From the NCBI GenBank assembly GCA_945956935.1, contig CAMFJD010000005.1, forward strand, positions 23,630-87,629: 64,000 nucleotides of DNA. The letters run 5' to 3'. Made by a program: the position numbers and the translations under genes. Position 1 is the stretch's first letter. Each line of letters opens with the position of its first letter. This document shows, piece by piece, positions 18,183 to 28,359 of the stretch. The notes under the pieces were generated by a model that saw only the letters and a program-made list of their open reading frames with translations, was not told where the DNA came from and did no database searches. This DNA comes from an uncultured Bacillota bacterium. GTDB lineage: Bacteria > Bacillota_I > Bacilli_A > Culicoidibacterales > ZOR0006.

Positions 18183-20414
18183 ATGGGACAGATTTATTTT
18201 GAAGCGGGGAGTCAACAATTTCATATTCAAGGGGAAAATAGTAGCTATATTATGCATATATTGCCATCAGGTGAGTTAGGACACTTATATTATGGAAAAA
18301 GAATTGAGCATCAAGCAGATTTTAGTCAACAATTTGCACCATATAATTATGGAATGAGTCGAGATATTTTCCCACTAGATGACAGTGCGGCACTTGATTT
18401 TGTTGCATTAGAGTATCCAACATATGGTACATCTGATTTTCGTCAACCTGCGATAGAAGTGCGACAATGTAACGGAAGTCGCATTGTAAAATTTGTGTAT
18501 GAATCACATCAAATCGAAAAAAACAAGCAACCGATTGAGGCGATGCCAAGCGCATTTGGAACAGATGAGACAGTTATTACGCTAACGATTTATTTAACGG
18601 ATGCAGTCACGAAATTACGTTTAGCACTGAGTTACTCACTTTTTATGACGGGTGATGTCATAACACGCCATGCAAAAATTGAAAATAATGGTGTGGAATC
18701 AGTTCAGTTATTACGATTTTTAAGTATGAATATCGATTTTGATACAAAGGCATACGATATGATGACATTTACAGGAAGTTGGATTCGTGAACGTGAACTT
18801 GAAGTGGCACCATTACGTCGTGGTATTCAAAGTATTTCAAGTTCACGCGGTGCAAGCAGTGCAACAGCGAATCCGTTTTTTGTTTTAAAGGGGCATCATA
18901 CAACAGATTTTCACGGAGAGGCATATGGATTTAATTTGATGTATAGTGGGAATCATGTTGGTCAAGTTGAAGTGACTCCCTATGATCAAGCACGTGTTCA
19001 ACAAGGAGTAAATTACTTTGATTTTAATTGGGAGTTAGCACCAAATACCTCATTTCAATCACCAGAGGTAGCTATTGTATATACCGCAGATGGATTGAAT
19101 GATTTGACACAAACGTATCACGATTTTTATCGCGAACATATGATTAATCAATACTGGGTAAAAAAAGAACGACCAATTTTGATTAACAACTGGGAGGCGA
19201 CGTATTTTGATTTTGATGAAACAAAATTATTGGAATTAGCAAAAAAAGCAAAAGCAGTAGGAGTTGAATTGTTTGTTCTAGATGATGGTTGGTTTGGACA
19301 TCGAGATAGTGATAATAGTTCACTAGGTGATTGGTACTATGATCCAAAAAAATTACCATATGGTTTGAAGCATCTCGTTGATCAAATTACTGACCTAGGG
19401 CTACAGTTTGGTCTTTGGATTGAACCAGAGATGGTATCACCAGATAGTGATTTGTATCGCTCACATCCTGATTGGATTATTTGTGTAAGCGATCGAACGC
19501 CAACTCAAGGAAGAAATCAATATGTTCTCGATTTTACGAATAACGAAGTTGTCGATACAGTGTATGAAATGATTGCAAAAGTTATTCGGGAAAGTGGTGA
19601 TATTAGTTACATCAAATGGGATTGGAATCGTCCACTGACTGAAATTGGTTCATTACAGTTACCGCCACAAAAACAGCAAGAAGTCGCTCATCGCTATGTA
19701 CTTGGATTATATCGTTTTTATAACCATTTAATGAATGATTTTCCACATCTTTTAGTTGAAGGGTGTGCATCTGGTGGTTCACGCTTTGATGGTGGTATTT
19801 TAGCATATTCACCACAAATTTGGGCAAGTGATGATAGTGATGCAGTTGAACGTTTGAAAATTCAATATGGAACGTCATTTTGCTATCCTTTATCAACAAT
19901 TGGTGCTCATGTATCTGCGTCACCAAATCATCAAGTTCATCGAACAACAAGTTTAAAGATGCGAGGTGATGTTGCCTTTTTTGGAATTTTTGGTTATGAA
20001 CTAGATTTAACGATGTTAAGTGAAGGAGAGCTCACAGAAATTGCGGCACAAATTACTATGTATAAATCATATCGACAGCTAATCATCACTGGTGATTTTA
20101 GTCGCATTTTAAGTCCATACGATAGCAATGAGACAGCTTGGTCAGTTGTTGATAAATCAAAAACAAAAGCGATAGTTGGTTATTATCGAACACTCGCTCC
20201 TGCTTACAAATTACCAACACGAATCAAAATTCCACAACTTCAACCAGAGATGATTTATACGTTAAAGGGTACTAAACGAACATATCGTGGGGATGAACTC
20301 ATGAATTGGGGGATTGAGTTGAATTTGGTGCTGTTTGAAGAACTCGGCATATTAGGACAAATGTCAGGAGACCATGTATCACTTATTTTAGCATTTGATT
20401 GTATAACAAGATAA
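18183..20414 (+). CDS. Alpha-galactosidase, GH36
   Basis: NNWEATYFDF, LDDGWF, FGLWIEPEMVS, IKWDWNR (nucleophile), CASGGSRFD and WASDDSD (acid/base); no signal peptide. Confidence 0.95.
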   Translation: MGQIYFEAGSQQFHIQGENSSYIMHILPSGELGHLYYGKRIEHQADFSQQFAPYNYGMSRDIFPLDDSAALDFVALEYPTYGTSDFRQPAIEVRQCNGSRIVKFVYESHQIEKNKQPIEAMPSAFGTDETVITLTIYLTDAVTKLRLALSYSLFMTGDVITRHAKIENNGVESVQLLRFLSMNIDFDTKAYDMMTFTGSWIRERELEVAPLRRGIQSISSSRGASSATANPFFVLKGHHTTDFHGEAYGFNLMYSGNHVGQVEVTPYDQARVQQGVNYFDFNWELAPNTSFQSPEVAIVYTADGLNDLTQTYHDFYREHMINQYWVKKERPILINNWEATYFDFDETKLLELAKKAKAVGVELFVLDDGWFGHRDSDNSSLGDWYYDPKKLPYGLKHLVDQITDLGLQFGLWIEPEMVSPDSDLYRSHPDWIICVSDRTPTQGRNQYVLDFTNNEVVDTVYEMIAKVIRESGDISYIKWDWNRPLTEIGSLQLPPQKQQEVAHRYVLGLYRFYNHLMNDFPHLLVEGCASGGSRFDGGILAYSPQIWASDDSDAVERLKIQYGTSFCYPLSTIGAHVSASPNHQVHRTTSLKMRGDVAFFGIFGYELDLTMLSEGELTEIAAQITMYKSYRQLIITGDFSRILSPYDSNETAWSVVDKSKTKAIVGYYRTLAPAYKLPTRIKIPQLQPEMIYTLKGTKRTYRGDELMNWGIELNLVLFEELGILGQMSGDHVSLILAFDCITR

Positions 20415-20500
20415 ATAGAGAGCAACATGAAAGGAACATATAACCAAGCAAGGACAATGTTTCTACTCATGTTGTTTTTTAGATAAAAACATATTATAGT

Positions 20501-20529
20501 TTGAATGACTGATTACTTATTGGTATAAT
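20501..20529 (+). promoter_or_regulatory. Sigma-A promoter of the GntR gene
   Basis: TTGAAT, 17 nt, extended TG-n-TATAAT; imperfect palindrome AAACATATTATAGTTT at 20487-20502 abuts the -35. Confidence 0.6.
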
Positions 20530-20563
20530 GAAAGAATAGAGTTTTTGGAAAAGGATGATAAAT

Positions 20564-21268
20564 ATGGCATCAGCATATAAAAAAATTGCCGAAAGTATTA
20601 TTTGTGACTTGAAGGCTGGTAAATACCATGAAACAAAAAAATTACCGAAAGAAGAAGAATTGATTCAACAGTATGGTGTGAGTCGAACAACAATCCGTAA
20701 ATCAATTAATATTTTGGTCAATAAAGGATTCGTATATCAAGTACAAGGAAGTGGGATTTTCGTACGTGAAGCTGCACTACAAGATTATGTTAGCCTTGAA
20801 AATGTAAAAGGTTTAACACGTGATTTCCCAACAAAGCAAGTAGAAGCAAAGCTATTATCATTAGAAGTTATTGATGCTGATGAAGAGTTAGCAGAAGCAA
20901 TGCAGTGTGAAGTTGGGACAAAAATTTATTATTTGCAGCGACTACGTAGTGTAAGTGGGGACAAATTTGCACTAGAGTACTCATACTTTAACAAAAATAT
21001 TATTCCGTATTTAAGTGAGGAGATTATTAAGTCATCAATTTATAGTTATATTATCGACGATTTGAAATTAACGATTGGATTCGCTGATAAAATTATTACA
21101 GCAACAAAATTATCAGCAAATGAAGCACAATTACTTGAATTAGAATTAGGTGATCCAGCCCTCACTTTAAGTAGTACTGTTTTTTTAAGTAATGGAACAA
21201 TTTTTGAAGTTTCAAAATCTGTTCATCATTACAAGAATGCGAAATTGCTCAAATTAGCAACATTTTAG
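20564..21268 (+). CDS. GntR/HutC-subfamily (UTRA) transcriptional regulator, GmuR-like
   Basis: wHTH LPKEEEL..YGVSRTTIRKSI..QGSGIFV plus UTRA domain; start after SD AAGGA (alternative ATG at 20555). Confidence 0.9.
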   Translation: MASAYKKIAESIICDLKAGKYHETKKLPKEEELIQQYGVSRTTIRKSINILVNKGFVYQVQGSGIFVREAALQDYVSLENVKGLTRDFPTKQVEAKLLSLEVIDADEELAEAMQCEVGTKIYYLQRLRSVSGDKFALEYSYFNKNIIPYLSEEIIKSSIYSYIIDDLKLTIGFADKIITATKLSANEAQLLELELGDPALTLSSTVFLSNGTIFEVSKSVHHYKNAKLLKLATF

Positions 21269-21439
21269 GTATATCAAACTTTGATTGGCACATAACATTT
21301 TGTTATGATAAAAAAAATATAATGATTAGAAAGTCAAACTACTTATAGGTTTTTTGGCTTTTTTTTGGTTTATTTAACAAGAAGAGTGACTATTTATTAT
21401 AAAAAAAGAAAAAAACAGCAGTTTTCGAAAAAAACAAAA

Positions 21440-21477
21440 AGAAAACGCTTGCACATGAGAGGGCGCTTATGTATAAT
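21440..21477 (+). promoter_or_regulatory. Promoter of the ABC operon with cre-like site overlapping the -35
   Basis: AGAAAACGCTTGCA at 21440-21453; TTGCAC, 17 nt, TATAAT at 21472-21477. Confidence 0.65.
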
Positions 21478-21594
21478 CTAATTGTGGAGATTGGTATCCA
21501 TCAATTTATTAAATAAACATATATAGGATATGTCAAAATAAAATGAAGTGAGACCAACTTTATAAAATTACTTTTTGAAAAAGGGAGAATAACA

Positions 21595-22953
21595 ATGAAA
21601 AAAGTAGTATCAGTAGCAAGCGTTGCATTATTAGCAACAACATTAGTTGGATGTGGATCAAGCGCAGGAGCATCAGGGGACACTGATAAAATTACGGTTC
21701 ACACACATATGAGTCAATTAGTACTCGGTGAAGAAAAAAAAGATGATAACGGTAATACATATCGTGACGAGTCAACAGCATATCTCGCACAATTAGCAGA
21801 AAATTTCACTGCTGAAACAGGGATTGAAGTTGAGTTAGTTGTTTCACAGTCGGCAGATGATATCGAACCATTATTACGTGTCGAAGATCCAGAAGTAGAT
21901 GTGTTTACAGAACCAAACTTTTCAATTGAAAAATTTAAAGCATATGCTGAACCTTATTTTACATTAGCTGAGTGTGAAGAATGGTATGGAGATTATTGTG
22001 GAACAATGCAAAATGATGGCGAAAACGTATATTTACTTTCACCAGCAAAAGTATACGAAGCAGCTGTCGTATATAACGAAGAAGTTATTCAGGCTGCAGG
22101 ATATGATGAAATTCCAGCAACACTAGATGAATTTGAAGCAATGTTGACAAAAATTAAAGATATGGGTGTGACACCAATTTCACTCCATCGTATTGAAAAC
22201 TGGCCACTAGGAACAATTCGTGACTTCTCAGCGTATGTCGGTGGAGATGCTGAGACATTTACAAAAATGTTACAAAGTGATACGCCATTCTCTGAAACGG
22301 ATCCAGTTGGACAAACTGTAAAAATGTACACTGATTGGAAAGCAAATGGGTTCTTTGAGCAAGAAGTGTATACTGACTTTGGAGTGGCAATGGATTCAGT
22401 TGCATATGGAAAATCAGCAATGATGTTATTTGGAGCATGGGTAGTGCCACAAATTCAAGAACGTACACCAAATGGTATGGGTTCTGAAATTATTAAATTC
22501 GCACCTGCACCAGATTTTGGAGCAGGCCGTTATGTAATGACAAAAGCAGCAGATGGTTATGCAATTGGAAAAGGTTCTGATAATAAAGAGGGTGCACGTC
22601 AGTTTATTGAATATATTGCTGATAATGCTGATTATTTAGCAAAAAGTGGATTTATTGCCAATAAAAAAGGTGTTGAACCAATCGTACCAGAATTATATCA
22701 ATTAATTGATGAATCAGTTGAAGCTGGTGAAACAGAATTAATGTTTGGTGCGGCAACAACACAAAATTCGTTGAATAATGAGGCAGTTTTAAAAGAAGCG
22801 AACTTATTAGCAGATGATAAATGGGCTGGATTATTATTTGACTCATATGATATTACGAAACCAGGGAATTGGGATGCATATAATGCTCAAGTCAAAACAC
22901 AAAATGATGCATTTGTTAAATTTAGAGATCAACTTGGAATTACTTGGGAATAG
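21595..22953 (+). CDS. Sugar ABC transporter substrate-binding lipoprotein
   Basis: Lipobox LVG-C; family-1 SBP features (VVYNEEVIQAAG, YGKSAMMLFGAW). Confidence 0.9.
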   Translation: MKKVVSVASVALLATTLVGCGSSAGASGDTDKITVHTHMSQLVLGEEKKDDNGNTYRDESTAYLAQLAENFTAETGIEVELVVSQSADDIEPLLRVEDPEVDVFTEPNFSIEKFKAYAEPYFTLAECEEWYGDYCGTMQNDGENVYLLSPAKVYEAAVVYNEEVIQAAGYDEIPATLDEFEAMLTKIKDMGVTPISLHRIENWPLGTIRDFSAYVGGDAETFTKMLQSDTPFSETDPVGQTVKMYTDWKANGFFEQEVYTDFGVAMDSVAYGKSAMMLFGAWVVPQIQERTPNGMGSEIIKFAPAPDFGAGRYVMTKAADGYAIGKGSDNKEGARQFIEYIADNADYLAKSGFIANKKGVEPIVPELYQLIDESVEAGETELMFGAATTQNSLNNEAVLKEANLLADDKWAGLLFDSYDITKPGNWDAYNAQVKTQNDAFVKFRDQLGITWE

Positions 22954-22965
22954 TAAAAAGTATAC

Positions 22966-22994
22966 CAAGCGGTAGATGTTATATCTGCCGCTTG
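22966..22994 (+). other. Intercistronic stem-loop after the SBP gene
   Basis: CAAGCGGTAGAT-GTTAT-ATCTGCCGCTTG 12-bp stem with only a short T tract. Confidence 0.6.
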
Positions 22995-23018
22995 ATTTTC
23001 CAGAATGGGGGAGAACCA

Positions 23019-23936
23019 ATGTTAGGAGTAAAAGAGCAGACGCTCGCCTATCCAAAAACAAAAACAAGTCGAATGAGTGCAACAACGAAAAAAAGAATAC
23101 TTATTTTTAGTTTCTTAATTGTACCAATTATCCATTTATTAATTTTCTCGTATGTACCAATTATTACAAACTTTTTCTTAAGTTTTACAAATTATAATGG
23201 GGTATCAACACCAACGTTTATCGGATTCGATAACTATGTGCGATTATTTACCGATCCACAGTACATCCAAATGTTTAAAAATTGTTTATGGTATATGTTG
23301 ATGTCGATACCACAACTTGTTTTCTCATTTGCGTTAGCAATCTTTGTAAACGGAAAATTCCGCGGATTACAATTGTTTAAGGGGATTGCAATTATCCCAT
23401 ATTTATTAAATGGTGTTATTGTTTCAACAATTTTTATTATTTTCTTCAACAACACTGGAACATTAAATATGTTGTTGGGAGCATTAGGATTAGAAGGATT
23501 AACAACAAACTGGTTACAAAACTTAGATACAGTGAATCCGGCAATTGCATCAATTTCAATCTGGCGTTATTATGGAATGAACTTTATCATGTTTTTTGGA
23601 GCGTTACAGACAATTCCCAAAGATTTGTATGAAGCAGCAGCGATGGATGGTTGCAATAAATGGCAAGAAATCCGTTATATTGCTGTACCGGCAATAAAAA
23701 AAGTGCTGTATATCAATTTGATTTTAAGTATTTCTGGATCGATCCAAGTGTTCGAATTACCTTATATTATGATGAATGGTGCGAACGGAACGATGACACC
23801 GGTTATTCAAATCCAACAAAGTGCCTTCCAAGATGATCGCATTGGGTTTGCTGCAGCATTATCGATGCTTGTGTTTGTTATCGTCATTATCGCAATTGGT
23901 ATTCAAAAATTAGTAACAAAGGAGCGTTCAGCATGA
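23019..23936 (+). CDS. Carbohydrate ABC transporter permease (MalF/UgpA-like)
   Basis: FIGFDNY and EAA loop DLYEAAAMDG; start after SD GGGGGAG. Confidence 0.92.
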   Translation: MLGVKEQTLAYPKTKTSRMSATTKKRILIFSFLIVPIIHLLIFSYVPIITNFFLSFTNYNGVSTPTFIGFDNYVRLFTDPQYIQMFKNCLWYMLMSIPQLVFSFALAIFVNGKFRGLQLFKGIAIIPYLLNGVIVSTIFIIFFNNTGTLNMLLGALGLEGLTTNWLQNLDTVNPAIASISIWRYYGMNFIMFFGALQTIPKDLYEAAAMDGCNKWQEIRYIAVPAIKKVLYINLILSISGSIQVFELPYIMMNGANGTMTPVIQIQQSAFQDDRIGFAAALSMLVFVIVIIAIGIQKLVTKERSA

Positions 23937-24757
23937 TAAAAGAATCAAAAGGGTTTAAACTCATTCGGGCAATATTTTTGATTAGTGCAGCTCTCTTTGT
24001 TATTGTTCCACTAATTCCACTTGTATTTATGGCTTTTAAGACAGGGACTGAATATGCATCGACAGGTGTATTTACAGCACCACAATCATTTTTGAATTTT
24101 TATAACTTTATGTATGCAATTAATGTTGGAAAGCTTGGTGAGGCATTAATGAATACTGCGATTATTTTAGCTGTGTCACTGACAGTTCAAGTGTTATTTA
24201 CAACTATGGTATCGTATGTACTTCACCGGTTTGATTTTAAACTAAAAAAATTAGTAACATTTTTATTTACGATGACGATGTTTATTCCTGTTGTAACAAC
24301 ACAAGTTGTTGTTTTTGAAATCATTTATAGTATTGGACTTGTGAACACAATTTGGTCTGTAATTATTCTTTATTCAGGTGTAGGGATAGTCGGTATTTAT
24401 ATTATGTTAAATTTACTTGATTCAATTTCTAAAGATCTTGATGAGTCAGCCTTAATTGATGGAGCGAGTTATTTTACGATTTATCGTAAAATCATTTTTC
24501 CACTTCTAAAACCAGCAACAACAACTATGTTAATTTTAAATGGTATCGGTTTATATAACGATTTCTACATCCCAAATATTTATTTAAATAAATCAACACA
24601 GACATTTACAGTTGCTTTATATAAATTTTTTGGTTCAATGTCAACTCCGTTTGAAATTGTTGCTGCAGCAATTTTACTTGGGGTGATTCCGATTATGATT
24701 GTGTATCTATTCATGCAGAAATATATCTACTATGGTTTAGCAGGAGCAGTGAAGTAA
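23933..24757 (+). CDS. Carbohydrate ABC transporter permease (MalG/UgpE-like)
   Basis: EAA loop DLDESALIDGAS..IFPLLKP; ATGA overlap with the upstream permease. Confidence 0.92.
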   Translation: MIKESKGFKLIRAIFLISAALFVIVPLIPLVFMAFKTGTEYASTGVFTAPQSFLNFYNFMYAINVGKLGEALMNTAIILAVSLTVQVLFTTMVSYVLHRFDFKLKKLVTFLFTMTMFIPVVTTQVVVFEIIYSIGLVNTIWSVIILYSGVGIVGIYIMLNLLDSISKDLDESALIDGASYFTIYRKIIFPLLKPATTTMLILNGIGLYNDFYIPNIYLNKSTQTFTVALYKFFGSMSTPFEIVAAAILLGVIPIMIVYLFMQKYIYYGLAGAVK

Positions 24758-24758
24758 T

Positions 24759-25364
24759 ATGATTCATTCCAATTTCTACAAATTTCTAGGATGGATTCAT
24801 GTCACAGTCGTTTTTTCACTTCTTTTCTCAATTTTATCACTAGCTAGTGCAGGATTTTTATTCCTGCCTCTACTAGCGGTTGGCTTTGAGTTAAGCAAAG
24901 AAATCATTGAACGTGGATTTGATCCGCATGTATCGGTCGTAAAGTATGTGTATATGCGACTGAAACTGCATATTCGTTTGTTCCGTTTCAACGCTGTTTA
25001 CATTGTTTTACTACTAAATGGGATTGGAACATTACTCGGCATTTTTACACAACAATCGATGATTATGTATAGTTGTTCAGTTCTTGCTGTACTTGCATTT
25101 ATTTTCTTGATTTATATTGCATTTTATGCAACGTGGATTCAATCGAGTTTTCAACTTATCGATGTGTTCATCTTTATGTTTTATAAGTTACAGTATGTAC
25201 TTGTTCTCTTTGTTTTTTTTGTCAGTTGTGTTTATTTCAGTCAAAGTATAATTTTTCTAGCTTTTATTTTTTTAAATTTCTTAGCTATTTTATTCGTATC
25301 TGTACTGTTAAATAGTACGAGTGTACGATATTGTCACACAATTTTGCAAAAAGAGGAGATATAA
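24759..25364 (+). CDS. Membrane protein, YesL/DUF624-like accessory protein of sugar ABC operons
   Basis: 201 aa, about 5 TM, directly after the permeases; family call rests mostly on position and topology. Confidence 0.55.
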   Translation: MIHSNFYKFLGWIHVTVVFSLLFSILSLASAGFLFLPLLAVGFELSKEIIERGFDPHVSVVKYVYMRLKLHIRLFRFNAVYIVLLLNGIGTLLGIFTQQSMIMYSCSVLAVLAFIFLIYIAFYATWIQSSFQLIDVFIFMFYKLQYVLVLFVFFVSCVYFSQSIIFLAFIFLNFLAILFVSVLLNSTSVRYCHTILQKEEI

Positions 25365-26299
25365 TGAAATATATTAAAGGATTTACATGGGGTTGGAATT
25401 ATCAAACAGGTGACTGGTTGACACAAGCCGCACTAGATAGTATTGATGCGATGATTGAACGTACGAATTGTGATATAGTAATTGTACCGATACCAGCAAA
25501 GCAACAGACAGCACAAAGTACACAAGTCATGTACGAGTGTGATGATGTACCAACTCGAGCAGAAATAGTACGCATTTTGGAATATTTACAGTCCAAAAAT
25601 ATGCGTATTATATTAAAGGCAGTTGTTGATTGTTTAGATGGTACGTGGCGAGCATATATTAATTTTTTAACACCTGATGTTATTTGTGAACCGAAATGGT
25701 CAGAGTGGTTTGAAAGTTATACTAAATATGTGAGCTATGTGAGCGAATTTGCGACAAAATATGAAGCGGAGATGTTGATGATTGGTTGTGAAATGGTCTG
25801 TGCGGATAATCAAGCAGAGTATTGGCGCCAATTGATTAGGCATATACGAAAACAATACAATGGATTGTTGACATATAATTGCGATAAATACCAAGAAGAT
25901 CGTGTGACATGGTGGGATGCTCTTGATGTGATATCAAGTAGTGGATACTATCCAGTTGGTACGTGGGATGCGCAATTACAGCGGATACAAACAATTGTCG
26001 AACAGTATCAAAAACCATTTTTCTTTGCTGAAGCTGGTTGTCCTAGTAGAACTGGAAGTGAGCATTGTCCAAATGATTGGCAGTGGTTGAGTGAAGTGAA
26101 TGAAAAAGCACAAGATTGTTATTATACCGAATTATTTGAAACAACCAAAAACTATCCATTTGTGAAAGGATTTGCATTTTGGGATTGGCCCATCCGTCTT
26201 TACTCATTAGAACAAGTAACACAAAATGATGATTATAGTGTCTATGGAAAACAAGCCGAAAAGCGAATTGCGATTGCTTACAGTAGTAAAGGAGAATAG
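25364..26299 (+). CDS. Intracellular GH113 beta-mannanase/mannosidase
   Basis: IKGFTWGW, DGTWRA, IGCEM (acid/base Glu), TYNCDKYQED, SSSGYYP and FFAEAG (nucleophile Glu); no signal peptide; TAATG overlap. Confidence 0.88.
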   Translation: MKYIKGFTWGWNYQTGDWLTQAALDSIDAMIERTNCDIVIVPIPAKQQTAQSTQVMYECDDVPTRAEIVRILEYLQSKNMRIILKAVVDCLDGTWRAYINFLTPDVICEPKWSEWFESYTKYVSYVSEFATKYEAEMLMIGCEMVCADNQAEYWRQLIRHIRKQYNGLLTYNCDKYQEDRVTWWDALDVISSSGYYPVGTWDAQLQRIQTIVEQYQKPFFFAEAGCPSRTGSEHCPNDWQWLSEVNEKAQDCYYTELFETTKNYPFVKGFAFWDWPIRLYSLEQVTQNDDYSVYGKQAEKRIAIAYSSKGE

Positions 26300-26300
26300 A

Positions 26301-27374
26301 ATGATACAACAAAAATATTGGCACATACGTTCAGAGCTGTCTTACGTCAAGGAAGCAATTCAACGAAAAAAAATCAAAATAGGTTTTCTTGGCGGTTCGA
26401 TAACTGAACAATCTGCGAAACATAATTATGCTGATCTTTTCACAGTACAATTGAAGTGTGATTTTCCAGATGTGTATGTAGAAACACAAAATTTAGGGAT
26501 AGGTGCCACTTGCTCAACATTAGGCTGTCTATTAGCAAAAGAAGTGCTCAATCATGAATTGGATCTAGTGGTTGTTGAGTACGCTGTGAATGATGATGGT
26601 ATGGATGCGCAATTGCGAATGCGAGCACGTGAAGGAATTATACAAATAATTCAAGAGCGAATGCAGGCAGATATAGTCTTTGTATATACATATAAAGAAA
26701 CGATGTATCCATATTATGCTAAAATAAAATCAACAGAACTTCCCCCTTCAGTTGCAGATTTTGAACAACTTGCACAGCATTATCGAATTAATAGTTGTAA
26801 TGTTGGTCAATATGCATTTGATCAAATGCAAGCAGGTTTAGTACGATTCGAAGAGTGGCTCCCTGATAACTTACACCCAACATATCGAGGGTCATCGTTG
26901 TATGCGAGTTGCTTGATGATGGCAATGATTGATGGGATTACGTCAGAAATACCGAAAAATATAATGGAACAAAGGTCATTAACAGCTCATTTTGGTTCAT
27001 TGCAAACGATTCCATTTGAACAGATGACATTGCAGGGGCCATGGGTTGTGAAGTCAACACATGAAAAATGGATAGATAAATTTTTGTATACGACGAGTAT
27101 ACAATCAACGTTGATTTTTGAAGTAGAAGCAAGTGTTGTGATGATCGGTACGTTATTTGGTGAAACAATGAGTGATTTGTATTATTCGGTGAATGATAGC
27201 GATGAAATATTACTCCCACGTTATCATGAATCGTGGGCAGGAGAACAAGGTTGGTATCGTGAGGATGTATTGTACTGCGGTGAACACCAACATATTCGGG
27301 TAACAATTCGGTGCCAAAAAAATCCCGAACGTCTTGGAACAACAACAATTATCCCACATATTTATTACATATGA
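26301..27374 (+). CDS. SGNH/GDSL esterase with N-terminal catalytic domain and C-terminal beta-domain (CE17-like candidate mannan acetylesterase)
   Basis: FLGGSIT (Ser), GIGAT, EYAVND and DNLHP; start after SD AAAGGAG. Confidence 0.75.
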   Translation: MIQQKYWHIRSELSYVKEAIQRKKIKIGFLGGSITEQSAKHNYADLFTVQLKCDFPDVYVETQNLGIGATCSTLGCLLAKEVLNHELDLVVVEYAVNDDGMDAQLRMRAREGIIQIIQERMQADIVFVYTYKETMYPYYAKIKSTELPPSVADFEQLAQHYRINSCNVGQYAFDQMQAGLVRFEEWLPDNLHPTYRGSSLYASCLMMAMIDGITSEIPKNIMEQRSLTAHFGSLQTIPFEQMTLQGPWVVKSTHEKWIDKFLYTTSIQSTLIFEVEASVVMIGTLFGETMSDLYYSVNDSDEILLPRYHESWAGEQGWYREDVLYCGEHQHIRVTIRCQKNPERLGTTTIIPHIYYI

Positions 27375-28357
27375 TCTTATTTGATGGAATATACGCACCG
27401 AATATTCAAGCTATCATCCATAGAGATGGTCATGAATTACTTTCACGTTATGAAACGGATGTTGTCACACAGTTAGGTCATGATATTCCTTTTCAAATGT
27501 GTGCTGTTGAGTTGTTACTTGTTCCAAAGACGCAAGTAACGATAACGATTTCAAGTCATCATTCATGGGTACCGGCAAAATGTTTGATTTTTGCTGGAGA
27601 ACATTCATATAGCAGTGAACACTTGATTAGTGATCGGACAACATTGATTATTGATCCTCCAAGTCTCTTTGGGACTCCATTGACTACCCTTTCAAATGAG
27701 TTTCCAAAGCATGTTGTCCGTATCTTATTATATGGGGATCAATTTGAGATTCATCAAGTGACAGGGAGCTATCGTGCACCGTATGAATATGAATTACCTA
27801 AGCAAAAGATGATGATATATGGGACATCAATTAGTCAAGGAATTGGTGCAACTGGAGTGGAACAGACATATGCATGGCAATTGTCGAGAATGCTTGATGC
27901 ATTACTGTATAATTATGCATTGAGTGGGAAATGTTTTATTGAACGATATGTGGTTGACGCAATCGTGCAAAGTGAACAATTTGATATAATTATCTATGAA
28001 TGCTCAGTAAATATGTTAGGTTCGGGCTATTCAATTGAAACATACGAGCAACGCTTGCAGTATTTATTTGAACAGACGAGTATTCATCAACCAAAAGCAC
28101 GTGTATTTGTAACGAGTATTCTTCCATATTTTGGTGATTACGGGTATGTGAATGAATCGGATTGTTGCGTTGCAAGTGCAAATCAATATCGCCAAACAGC
28201 AAAACGACTCAGTAGCGTGTATCCAAACATAACATACATGGAGCCTATTCATTTACTTGACGAAAATAATTTAAGCGTAGATTTGATTCATCCGAGTAAT
28301 TTTGGTATGCAACAAATAGCACGCACAATAGCAAGATATATTAAAGGAGCGAAATAA
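27371..28357 (+). CDS. SGNH/GDSL esterase with N-terminal beta-domain and C-terminal catalytic domain (CE2-like candidate acetylesterase)
   Basis: YGTSISQG (Ser), ALSG, SVN and DLIHP; ATGA overlap with the previous gene. Confidence 0.75.
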   Translation: MILFDGIYAPNIQAIIHRDGHELLSRYETDVVTQLGHDIPFQMCAVELLLVPKTQVTITISSHHSWVPAKCLIFAGEHSYSSEHLISDRTTLIIDPPSLFGTPLTTLSNEFPKHVVRILLYGDQFEIHQVTGSYRAPYEYELPKQKMMIYGTSISQGIGATGVEQTYAWQLSRMLDALLYNYALSGKCFIERYVVDAIVQSEQFDIIIYECSVNMLGSGYSIETYEQRLQYLFEQTSIHQPKARVFVTSILPYFGDYGYVNESDCCVASANQYRQTAKRLSSVYPNITYMEPIHLLDENNLSVDLIHPSNFGMQQIARTIARYIKGAK

Positions 28358-28359
28358 TT

